A DNA stretch of 63,701 nucleotides, the filler included, from Gonapodya sp. JEL0774 (Eukaryota), in assembly GCA_027604505.1 (NCBI GenBank). It is 4 parts of 4 records of this genome, joined end to end, with 100 filler letters (N's around TTAATTAATTAA, not from the genome) between each part and the next. Parts side by side here need not be neighbours in the genome. Positions count along the whole stretch, not along the records: positions 16,228 to 32,318 come from JADIIX010000284.1; positions 32,419 to 48,498 come from JADIIX010000285.1; 2 more parts are not named here. One strand, 5' to 3'. Below, one piece after another: positions 27,213 through 38,300 of this stretch. Below the pieces are notes generated by a model. That model saw only the letters and a program-made list of their open reading frames with translations, did no database searches and had not been told where the DNA came from. The translations under genes and the position numbers were made by a program. How positions within the stretch are numbered: the first letter of the stretch is position 1; each line of letters starts with the position of its first letter.

Positions 27213-30200
27213 ATGCGTCCGCCTCCGCCAGCGTATCCACCTCCACCGTACCCACCACCCACAGCAGCAGCAACCACGGTGCCGGTGCATCTGTTGCATC
27301 CGCCCCCTGTTTTGTTCCCGCCACCGTCGGAGCCGCCGCCTCCCATCGACTCCACCGCGTCGCCGTTTTTCCCGCCACCACCACCGCCCCTGTCGCATAA
27401 TTGGTATGACCCGCGGCACTCGGGACTGGGTGTGCTGCGGTCGCTGCCTGATGATCTGATAGGAGAGGGAATCGTTGCCAGATACTTGGACGCAGACGTG
27501 AGTTGGAAACCATAAAGCAGACATCACGCATCAATGACGTCATCTGCTCATCCATCGAAACTTCTTTTTTCCCACGCGTTCCATACATCCATCAGGACTT
27601 GCTCGCTCTCGCTCTGGTGTCGCGTGTGCTCTACATTTTCGCGAGAGACGAGGGAATTTGGAAAAACCTGACGTTGGACAGGTGGTGCGCATTCGCTCCG
27701 GAGCAAGATGACGATGGTAATGACGAAGGCGACGATGGCGCCGACGACACTGTGCGGCGGAGGATTACAGGCGGTACTTTGGTGTACAAGACCGACTGGT
27801 TCGAGACATATTTCAGACCGGGAACGGTGGATGCGATCAAGAAGCGAGGTGAACGACCCAGGTGCACAATTCTCGTGAATGGTAAGCGTTTTCGCGCTGC
27901 GGAACAGCGGTAGCCGTGACATGCTCTTGTGATTGGAGTTCTATTGGAGCACCACAACTTAATATCCGACACTTTTGGACTTATTTATATTGTAATAATC
28001 ACTCTATTTGTGTTGACTCCATGTTCTGCCATCCCCAGGATTCTATTCACCTTATCTCCACCCCAGAACCCACCTCCGTCACTTTGCCCTTCCCTCCCTC
28101 ATACCCCCACTCGACCTTCTCTCACCCCGTTCTCCCACGCCCTTCCACGTGCCCACCGTCCCTCCACCCTATATGACTCGCGGCTTTTGGCCCTACCCTC
28201 ACGCACAGCATCGGGACCCTGCTCATGACGCCATGGTCCAGGTGGAACGGGTGTCTGGTAAAGAGATGACGGCAGAGCGGATGCATGAGTTTGAACAGCG
28301 ATGTGTTCCCCTGGTCATTGGTAACGATCTGGTGGAGCACTGGCCCGCCTTCGGGTCAACGACTGTGTCAGCCTCCCACATCTGCCCATCCGTTCCCGCT
28401 CTTGATCCTTCAACCTCCCCCAACTCACACGCCGAAAATCCACCTCAACCTCACGACTGGTCGCTCCCCACCCTCGCCTCCCTGTACCCCTCCACCGTTT
28501 TCAAAACCGTCCATCACTGTCCCCCTTCCCCTCGCTACCACCGCCGCCGCCCCCTCCACCACAAAGTCTCCGTGCGATTCGCCGATTACATCGACTACAT
28601 GCACCGCCAGCACGACGAGAGCCCACTGTATATCTTTGAACCCGAGTTTCTCGAACGGGCCAGGGGGATGTGCAGGGGTTACGATGTGCCGGCCATCTTC
28701 CCCGAAGACCTGTTCGAATGCCTCTCCCCTCCGTCCATTCCCATCCCGTCCACCACCCCGTCCACAACATTTACCACGGCCTCCACCACCCACACCGGCC
28801 TCACCAGCCCACCACCCACCGCCCCGACCACCTCCCGCCCCCCCTTCCGCTGGCTCGTGCTGGGCCCCCCCCGCTCAGGCGCGTCCTGGCACACCGACCC
28901 GTACCACACCTCTGCCTGGAACACGCTCATCTCAGGCCGCAAGCTGTGGCTCCTGTACCCTCCTCACGTGCCTTACCCGCCCTGCGTGTTCGTCGACCCG
29001 ACCAAACCCGCGGGTGCCAACGCGGTCGCGCCGTGGATCGCTCAGTGGTGCGTGGAGGTGTTGCCGAGGCTGCCGCCGGGGGCTAGGCCGATTGTGTTTG
29101 AGCAGGGGCCGGGGGAGACGGTTGTGGTGCCGGGGGGGTGGTGGCATGCGGTGCTCAACATCGAGGCGAGCGTGGCTGTGACGCAGAACTGGACGGGGAG
29201 GGAGAACTTGGAGAAGGTATTGGGCGAGGTGGGCAGAATGGGGGACGAGAAGGTGAGCCGACGAGGGTGCCGGTATGCTTCTCGAGCTTTCCCGACAGTG
29301 AAACTGATCCCCTTCCCATGACCCACCCGTCCCACCACCAGTTCTTCTACCGCCTCCAATCCTCCATCACACCCCACAACCCCCACCTCACTCCCATCTT
29401 CTCCCGTACCCACTCCACCTACTTCTCCTCCCCTTCCTTCTGCACGACCGACCCGTACATCCTCTCCGAATCGTGTCTGTCGGAGGCGCACCTCGTGGCA
29501 TCGTTTAGCGATGTGTCGAGGTGGGATAGGAGGGTGAGGGACGTGGTGGCGAGGTGCACCGGATTGTCTGCTGCGGAGGGATGTGGCGATGGCGAGGTGA
29601 GACCCCTGGGCGGTGGTACGAACCCCGTGTTTGTCTACCTCGGCCGCCGCGATGAAGGTGCCGACTTCGTGGTCAAGTTCTTCTCGCACATCTCGGGAGG
29701 CACGACAGCCTGGGCCAACGAAATCGTCGCCTACGCGCGTATCGACGCACTCCCTGCGACCCACGGGGCGCGGATGATAGTTCCTGATCTGGTCGGGTTC
29801 GGATTGTTGAACGCCGGTGAGGTGGGAAAGAGGGAGCGGTGGTGCTGGCCGTACGTCGTGACCAAATATCTGGGAGGGGATTCGGTGTCCCTGTACGAGG
29901 CGCAGGAACGGGCCGCCGCCAGTCGTAGCGATGCGAGCAAGGGAGTGGGGGATGGGAGCGTGGTAACATACACCGTCGACCCCGCGGCCACGGCGCGGTG
30001 GATCGGTACGTCGCTCCGAGCCCTTCACCACCTCCCAGTACTCTCAGCGTCGTCGATCGCGTCGTGGGTGGGGAGCCACGCCGATAGGGAGACGCTGGGC
30101 GCTCTTGATGTGGGGAAACTGGTCTTGGAGTGTGCTAGGACCAATTTTCAAAAGTTCTTGGACGAGAAGTGGACCGGAGCGAGGGGCAGACTCGACAAGT

Positions 30201-31066
30201 GGAAAGCTGCACCACAGGGGATAGTTGACGGAGTGGACGGGTACTTGCATGTGGTGAGGGCTCAGAATGGAGGACCAGGACATCGTGGTGGTGGTTATGG
30301 GGAAGCACATCGCAACGGTGGCGCTCTCGAGGATGGAGAAGATTCGGGGACAGATGTTGCCTCAGATCATAAGTGTGGAACTGCTGTGACTACAGATGAT
30401 AAGTTGGTGGAAGCGAGGCTCGATTGGGAGTCTCTTCTGCGTTTGGACTCGTGGGACGGGCGAGGGTATGGACAAGGCGGTGCTGGTGTTGGAATGTTGC
30501 ACGGTGATCTGAACCCGAACAATGTGATGGGGCGGTGGAAGGTCGTAAATGACACTAACAGCCGTGACGGTTGCCAGCTGACTGAGAAGGCCTTCGAACC
30601 CGTCGCGATGATCGATCTGGGCGACGGACATCACCTGATCGACTTTGACGGGGTGGACGCGTTCCCGCAGGACCCGTCTCGGCCGTTGGATCCGGCGTTT
30701 GATTTCGTGCCCGTGTTTTTGGGACTTGGTGTGGGGCGGAAACGTAATGTGACGCGGGCGTTTGTGGACTCGTACTTCGATTGCGACGGCACCGGGCCTG
30801 CACAGCACGATACACCGACACCGATACCACCACGTACCGTCTCCAGCGCACGTCCTCCATTTTCACTCCCCTTGTCCTCCCGGATGACCCGGTACTGGGC
30901 CGGCTGGGAGTTCGAAGGTGTGGTACGGTGGGGCGTAAGGAAGTTCTTAGCGGTGGTTGACGGGCGCAAAGTCAGAGGGAGAGCCGCGATGGCACGGGCG
31001 TTTGAGAAGGACGGGTGGAGTGGGGTGGAGAAGGGGTTATGGGGGGACGTAGATGTGATGACTTGA
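27213..31066 (+). CDS. F-box + JmjC (JMJD6-like) + aminoglycoside/choline-kinase-like phosphotransferase protein
   Basis: F-box LGVLRSLPDDLI..YLDAD|DLLALALVSRVLY..W. JmjC DESPLYIFE, RPPFRWLVLGPPRSGASWHTDP..WWHAVLN..AVTQN. Kinase-like VVKF, WPYVVTKYL, LHGDLNPNN, IDLGD. Confidence 0.9.
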
Positions 31067-31718
31067 GAGTACGCACGCGGATTATAATTTGTGCTCGGCT
31101 GGTGCCAAGTTTCAGGCGCCCTCGACCTTGGTATTGTGACGCGCGTTTCAACGAATTTGTATAATTGTAGGATCTGTGATTATATCTGTTGCATAAAGCG
31201 TACCTTTGGAGTAAACCAACATCTAAATGGATCGATGAATAGATGTACCATTCAGTCTAATTATTCAAATCATTTTCGCGCGCTTTATTACAAGATTGCT
31301 TTCTAGTCGATGAATCACAATTATGATATGAGGACATCAAACATCATGAGTTTGTCTCTCCACCTCCCTCCATCTTTTCAATAAAAACGAATAAACACCA
31401 TAACCCTACACGGCAATCTACATGTGACATCGTTCTGGAGCAACCGACCTTGACGGGGGCAAAACTTCGCCGCGCTGCAGCGGAAAGTGAACTTTTTTTC
31501 GGATCAAACAGAGATGATGACAAGTGCACAGGCATAAACGGCGACCTGCGCAGCGTTTCGTGCGTGGAGGAAGTAACTAGAAAGTGCCGGCACTGGAACG
31601 GTCGAAAGAATTGAGGCGAAGAGGGGACGTCAGACCCGATTGGAATACCACATTCACTTACAGGAGGCCACGACTCACCTTCGTCCTTCCCATCGCACAC
31701 GTCCACCGACCCACTCTT

Positions 31719-32318
31719 CTACACCCCAGCCATCGCATCGAGCAATGCATCCAAATACCACGCCGCGGGCACCGTATCCCACGGATTTGGCAGCCCATCG
31801 TTGGTCAAATAGATGTACCCGACGCTCCCCGCCAGACTTCTCACCCCTGCCACATCCACACCTCCCACCCCGTACGAAATCACCCCGAGCGTGGACCGTG
31901 GAGCCGACGCGGTCCAACCGGGCAACCCCGACGGTGCCGGTAAGTTGGCACCCTCGTAGACCACCATGGCAGACAAGATACCCTGGTATCCAGCTGTGGC
32001 GCCCAGCCCTGCGTTTCCAATAGTGAGCCACATCCCCGTGGATCGGACCGTACTGGCGAGCGAGGCGTAGTAGCCCTCCGACCCGGACCCCTCCGCCATC
32101 TCGTCAAAAAAGATACCACTGACACCGTACCAAGCGGCGTAGTTGCGAATGTCCTGCTCCACGAGGCTTTGAGACCTACTCCCACGTTGGGTGTAAGTGT
32201 ACCCTACCACCGTAATACCGGCGGAGCGCAAGGTGGCTATGCCGTTCACAAAGGTTTGGTCCACTGAGGAACCGGCGCCGTTGGATGGGTTGACGATGGC
32301 GGTGATGGGGACGCCTGG
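31719..32318 (-). CDS. Spherulin-4 / spherulation-specific family 4 (GH135, Sph3-like) protein, 5' truncated
   Basis: AIVNPSNGAG, VVGYTYT, DIRNYAAWY, GIFFDE, IGNAG, VVYEG and YIYLTNDGLPNPWD. Confidence 0.88.
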   Translation of the reverse strand, partial: PGVPITAIVNPSNGAGSSVDQTFVNGIATLRSAGITVVGYTYTQRGSRSQSLVEQDIRNYAAWYGVSGIFFDEMAEGSGSEGYYASLASTVRSTGMWLTIGNAGLGATAGYQGILSAMVVYEGANLPAPSGLPGWTASAPRSTLGVISYGVGGVDVAGVRSLAGSVGYIYLTNDGLPNPWDTVPAAWYLDALLDAMAGV

Positions 32319-32418
32319 NNNNNNNNNNNNNNNNNNNNNNNNNNNNNNNNNNNNNNNNNNNNTTAATTAATTAANNNNNNNNNNNNNNNNNNNNNNNNNN
32401 NNNNNNNNNNNNNNNNNN
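32319..32418. other. Artificial contig spacer
   Basis: 44 N + TTAATTAATTAA + 44 N. Confidence 0.97.
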
Positions 32419-32579
32419 AATGCATGGGCCATCTCGTCTGTGGTCGGCAGGTGGGATTGGGTGGAAAAGAATTTCACTCCGCGCACCCACCAACGAACCA
32501 AACCAACCAACCCACAACCACCACCACCACTAACCCGGCGACTGGGCCCTTCTGTCCCGGGTAGAGAGAGAGAAGAAAT

Positions 32580-34022
32580 ATGACTCTGGGGATTTGTTTC
32601 CATCGGTCGCTGCGAACTGCGCGTTCTGTCTCGGTCGCAATACCACGCACACCACCTCAACAGTACTCCCACTCGGCCCTCCTCCACTCCTCCCCACTCT
32701 CTCCTCTCTCTCTCAATTCCAAACTGAAGCCAAAGCCCATCCCTCCTACCCCTCCTACCCCTCCCTCCCCTCCCTCCCCCTCCTCCCCTCTTTCCAAAAA
32801 GGCAGCCCGCAAAGCCGCGTCCGCACCGGCCCGCGCAGCCCACCGCGCCTCCCTCCGGGCCCTCCGCGCCCAGTACCGCGCCGAGGTGGACCAAGCCGCC
32901 CAGGCACGGCAGGATCGTGCGGAGGAGCGCACGAGGGAGCGGGACGAGGCGGCCAGGAGGAAGCACCAGCGGATCGTGGAGGTGGTGAAGGCCAAGCAGG
33001 GGGATCATGTGGGCGCTGCAGGGGCAGGGGCAGGGGCAGGGGTAGGGGCAGGGGTAGGGGCAGGGGTAGGGCGGAACAACAAGACGAATTTGGACGAGTT
33101 GGTGAAGAGGCTGGAGAGGGAGGAGAACGAGTTGGCGGAGTTTTCCACCCGGGTGGGGGTGGGGTTGGGGGTAGTGCCTGGCGTCCCTAGTGTCCCTACT
33201 GTCCCGACCGAGTGGACGACGACCTCCACCACCACCGACACCGACGGCCCCTCCCCCCTCACCGCCCCATCGGACCACTCCACCGCTCCCTCCTCGCCCA
33301 CGCCCAACCCGGCGACGACGCCCTCTTCTTCGCTGTGGACCCGCCTCTCCACTCTCCGCCGCCTGCACCGCTTCCACAACTTCCTGTCCACCTCGGCGAC
33401 CGACTCGTCCCACCGCACGGCGCACCTGCTGTCCCTGTTCCACGACTCGGAGGGGTTCGTGACTCGCGACAATCTCGAGGAGAGGCTCGACGAGGCGTTT
33501 GCGGTGAGGAGTGGGATGGGGATGGGGATGGGGATGGGCGGGGTGGGGGCGGGGGCGGGCGCGGGCGCTAGTGCGATGGGAACGGGAACGGGAATGGGAA
33601 TGGGAACCGGAACCGGCCTGGCAGGCCACTGGGACACCTACCGCGCCCCCTCCCGCAGCACCACGCTCGACTCTGCCATCCGCGACCGAGCCGACCGGCT
33701 GGCCACCTCCCGCGGCACGGCCATCCACGACGCCCTGTCTGGCCACCCGGTGTCCCCCTCGTCTCCACCCGAAACCTCTACCTCCTCCTCCTCCTCGTCC
33801 CGCAGCAGACCGGGCAGTCTGGGCCTCTTTGACGACCTGTTTGGACCGGCAACCAAGGGGGGCAAGGCAGGAGGGACGGCGGGGGCGGGGGGGCTGAGGA
33901 GGACCTCGGTGGGAGAGGCGAGGGAGATGGTGGACAGGTGGAAAGAGAGAAGGGGGAGGAGGGAGAGGGGGGTGGTGGAGGAGGACGAGAGGGCGCCGCC
34001 GGGGGTGGGGAAAGGGAATTGA
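32580..34022 (+). CDS. Probable mitochondrial ribosomal protein mS26 homologue with low-complexity insertions
   Basis: Arg/Ser-rich, acid-free N-terminus resembling a presequence. LRALRAQYRAEV followed by a coiled coil, and GFVTRDNLEERLDEAF, which resembles the MRPS26 motif NFITRENLE as I recall it. Confidence 0.55.
   Translation: MTLGICFHRSLRTARSVSVAIPRTPPQQYSHSALLHSSPLSPLSLNSKLKPKPIPPTPPTPPSPPSPSSPLSKKAARKAASAPARAAHRASLRALRAQYRAEVDQAAQARQDRAEERTRERDEAARRKHQRIVEVVKAKQGDHVGAAGAGAGAGVGAGVGAGVGRNNKTNLDELVKRLEREENELAEFSTRVGVGLGVVPGVPSVPTVPTEWTTTSTTTDTDGPSPLTAPSDHSTAPSSPTPNPATTPSSSLWTRLSTLRRLHRFHNFLSTSATDSSHRTAHLLSLFHDSEGFVTRDNLEERLDEAFAVRSGMGMGMGMGGVGAGAGAGASAMGTGTGMGMGTGTGLAGHWDTYRAPSRSTTLDSAIRDRADRLATSRGTAIHDALSGHPVSPSSPPETSTSSSSSSRSRPGSLGLFDDLFGPATKGGKAGGTAGAGGLRRTSVGEAREMVDRWKERRGRRERGVVEEDERAPPGVGKGN
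33019..33071 (+). repeat. Coding hexanucleotide repeat (GGGGCA/GGGGTA)n encoding GAGAGAGVGAGVG
   Basis: Directly visible. Related (GGGATG)n and (GGAACG/GGAATG)n tracts lie at about 33512-33612. Confidence 0.85.
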
Positions 34023-35332
34023 GCGGGGGGAGGTGGGGTTTGGGGGGGGGGGTGGGGGGGTAGGGAAGGGGGGGGTGAAGGTGGCGGGTAGGGAGTGGCG
34101 TGTGTGTGTGGGGGTTTAGTGCCTGACGGGACGGGGTGAATGTAGCGGGTGGCGACATGGGGGGCGGTGGGACGGTGGGTCGCTTGGATGGGGTTAGCAG
34201 TGTCGATGTGTAGGCTGATTATGGTGTACGACGTGTATGCATGAGTATGCTCGACGGAACGACGGTGTATTGGAATGGATGGACAGAATAAGATTCGAGG
34301 TACAACGACGTAACGAGAGTATTGGGTGGGGGTCGCGCGGCCACTGAGATAGAAGGAGGAGAAGGAGGGAAGAAGGGAATGAAGTGTGATTTGGCTTTTA
34401 TTTTCTCTTTTTCGTAAGCTCAAATTTATTTGATTTGGATTGAATGGAGTTTTTTTGCTTGGGGGGAACAGTGGGAGTGGGAAAATAAGGAGGAGACCTC
34501 AGCGGTCACAATAACGTGGGTGGGGTGTGGGGGTGGTGTGGGTGAGGAGGGTGTGGCAGGGCAGGTGTGGCAGGAATGTGGTGATGGCGGCAAAATCATC
34601 AAAAGACTCCAAAACAGGAAAAGGGAAAGGGCAACAAAGGCACCACTCACAGACACACGGACAGAAAAGGGAGACGAGGGCAAAAAGGGGACAAGGAATA
34701 GGAAAAAGAAGACAGACGGAAACAGAGCGAAGGGTGGATCAAAACAAGAGAGTGGAAGCAGAAGTGGTGGACGGGAATCTGGACATCCCCAGAGGAGAGC
34801 AGGACAGAGCAGTGGATAAAGTTGAGGCGGAGAACGGACAACGGGAACACAGTGGACATCCGAGGGTGGAATTTAGTAGGGAGAAAAGAAGAGAGGGGAA
34901 TATAACGAGATAAGCCAGGTGTGGAGGCAGAACAACGGGACAACGAGTTGAATCAGTGGAGATTGACAAGGGAGAGAAGACTGCACAGGCTGCAGACGGG
35001 AAAAGAGTGGAGGCAGGTGAGTTGAGAGCGGGAGGGTGGGGGCAGCGGGGGCCAGAGACAGATGGCGTGTCAGAATCCGACCACGTTCATGCGTTGCCAA
35101 CCCGTAACGCCTTGCATTTTTCTGTGGGGTTGAATTTTCAAATCGCTTTTGGTGGCCCTGCGTACGGGCTTTACGGCGCTTATGACCACCCGTCCGTCGT
35201 GGTGGTGGTCAAGATCGGTTGGTTGCAGTCCATGAGAGAATGATTGCGTCACTGACACTCGCACGCACTCCCGTCCACTCCCAGACAAAGACAACTCTCC
35301 ACTCTCCACTCTCCACACTCTCCCACTCAACC

Positions 35333-38300
35333 ATGCTCTCCGCCTCCGCCTCGGACTCAATCGGCCCTCCCCCCCACCAAGACTCCTCCTCCCCACTCTC
35401 CCCCCCTCTGCCACCATCCCGCTCCTTCTTCCGCCCAGGCTCTCTCACTCGCGCTTTCTCAAACGTGTCCGCTTCAAGATCATCCGCCCACCAATCCTCT
35501 GCAAACGCCACCCCTCCTCTCTCGCTCTCGAACCAATCACAGTCCCCCGCATCGCCCCCCCTCTCCCCTTCCGCAAACTACAACCCGTACGCACAGAACC
35601 CGTACGCTACCTCTCCCAACAACAACCAGTCCTCTCTCCACTCCCTCCCCATGTCTTCCAACTCCCACTTCAATCCCCACAACCACCCCTCCCAACACTC
35701 TCACCACCCCTCCCCGCCCACCCATCAACCCACTCACATCGCCTACGACGCCCTCTCAGGCCCAGCAGTCGACCACCTCTCTACTCAACCCCAACAACAC
35801 TTTGCCCCGCCCGCCCGCTGGTACTCCAGGAGATCCAGCAGCGGCTCCGGGTCCGCTTCCGCACCCACCTCCAACTCCCAATCCAACCCCACATCGCCGA
35901 CGCCCATGTCCACGCACCAACCACCCATGGACTCGGGCTCGGTCTCCCCGGTGGGCGGCATGGCCGGGTCACCTCCCGCCGCCACCGGATTCAAGCCTGC
36001 CCACCCCCACCCCAACCAACCGGCACAGCTCCACAACCACAACCACACCAACCACGTTCCCTCTTCCTCCCCTTTCCCCACCTCCACCTCACCCCTCCCT
36101 ACCCCCTCCTCCTACTCCTACTCCCACTCCCCCCGCTCTCGCCCCCCGCTGCTCCCCCCTCCTGTGCCGGTGTACACACCGACTCCGACGAGTCACACCA
36201 CAACCACATCCGTGGCCGCGGGGAGCGGTGGTGCTGCACCGGGTCCGGGCACCGGCGCAGACCCCTCCGCCCCCGGCACCAGCCCCGCCACCCCGCCGCC
36301 CACCCTGCCCCCCATCTCCATCAACGCGCCACATAACAACCCAGACCCTCCCAACCCGCCCTCGCACCCGCACTCTTACACAAACACCCGCCGCACATCC
36401 CATTCCCATTCCCATCCAACCTCCTCGCCCACCCCCACACCCACCCCCTTCTCCCCCACCGCGACCACCCACCCCGGAGTCCCCGCAGACCCCGCAGAAG
36501 ACCCCCTCCCGCCCCCACGCCGGGCCGAGCTGGACCGCCTCGTCCGCTCGTCCGTACGCGCGCAGGAGGAGGTCAGGAGGGAAGCCATGGCCGCGGCTGG
36601 GCTTGGACCGGCGACGGGTGCGGGTGGTCCCGGTGCCGGTGGAGGCGCGACAGACACGACGTCAGGGGAGTACCCCGCGGTGTCTCCGAGTGGTAATGCG
36701 GGGATGGCGGCGGCGGCGAGGAGGGGCCGGCACGGGGGGTCGGCGGGCGGTGGACAGGGCGGTGTGGGTGCGGCCGGCGCGCAAAATAACTCGGAGGGGT
36801 ATGGGTATGGGACGGTGCAGGCAGGGGCGGGCACCAGCAGCGCTGCGCATGCCGGCACAGGGCCCACACCGCACACACCGCACATACCGCACACCACCAC
36901 CACTTTGACCTCCGCGGCACCGCCACCACCACCGCCACCGTCCACCACGGCCCTGTCCCCGTCCACGTGGCTCCCCTACGACGAGGACGGGGAGGGTGAA
37001 GGGGACGGTGGAGGGGCGGACGCGAACGGGAACGGGAACGGGAACGTGCAGCACCAGCACACGGACCAGGCACAGACAGCACAGCACCAGCACCAGCATC
37101 CACATCCGCACCAGCATTCCCACCAACAGACACACCAACAGACACACCACCCCCATCACCACCACCACCCGCAAACACCCCCCGACCTACCCCCCCGTCG
37201 GGCCCCGCCACCCGCCGCGAGTTGGTCCAGGGGTGGTGGTGCCACTGGTACGGCCAGCACGGTCATCGGGACGGCCACGACGGCCACGACGGCACCTGCG
37301 GCACAGACGGCCACGACGCTCCAGTCGGGCACGGCGACGCCGCCTCCGTTCCCCCCGCGTCGGAACCCGCCGCCAGTGCCGCCCAAAGAGGACAGTGGGA
37401 GTGGGATTGGGAGTGGGGCGGACCAGGCAGGGCAGGATTCGTCTGCGTCACAGGTGGGACTGCACGAGGGACACACGGGACATGCGGTACAGACGCTCCA
37501 TACACCACAGACACAGACTCAGACGCCGTCGGGACGACCGCCGCCCCCCCTTGCGAGGACGGGGACGGGGACGGGGGGAGAGTGGGGGTATGGGCAGGGA
37601 CAGACCGGTGGTGTGCAGGGGCAGGGTCACGGACAGCAGGGGCAAGGTGAGTCGTCGTCGCGGGGGGTCGTGGGGGAAGGGGGGTGGGGTCTGGTGTTGA
37701 CTGGTCGGGAGACGTCGGGGGGAGCCGCATGATGGTTGGATGTATGGGGAGGTAGCGGTATGGTGGTGGAACCCGTTGGGGGCGATAGGCTTTTGTCTTT
37801 TGGCCTATGGCTCCTTTTTCTGTGTGTTTTTTTTTTTTTTTTTTTTTTGTAATCTTCGTTGTTTAACCCTGTTTCCCCCGATCCTCCTTTTCTCCTCCCC
37901 TTCTTCCTTCCGTTGCCGGTCCGCCCTCCGTGCCGACCCGGCCCACCTCCTCTCCCCCCTCGATTCCCCATCTCACCGTCCCCGTGTTTTGATGCGCACT
38001 GGGGTGCCCGGTACACAGTGGCGGTGCAGGCCGTGGGGGCGTTCGGGACGCAGGGGCAGGGGATGGGGAACCAGGGTGAGAGTGGAGAATGTGAGTTGGT
38101 CAGACGGGGGCGGCCGCTTGCTCGCCCGCTCGCCACCCACACGATGTTGACCCGATTCACCGCACCACCCCCCCAACCCAACCCACCAGCGCTCCCCCAT
38201 CTCACCCCCTCGCACTCCATGTCCTCGGTCATTTCGTACCCCTCGTCCACCACCGGCACCGGCACCAACACCAGCACCCCCAGTTCCACGCCCTCTTCCA

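Noticed and set aside
22549..32318. TF + JmjC + spherulin-4 as a biosynthetic or exopolysaccharide cluster
   Set aside because: There is no backbone synthase or glycosyltransferase, the functions are unrelated, and the contig ends within the last gene.
34430..35070. Purine-rich tract with 129-aa and 128-aa ORFs
   Set aside because: Compositional bias explains the ORFs, and no splice-consistent gene model emerged.
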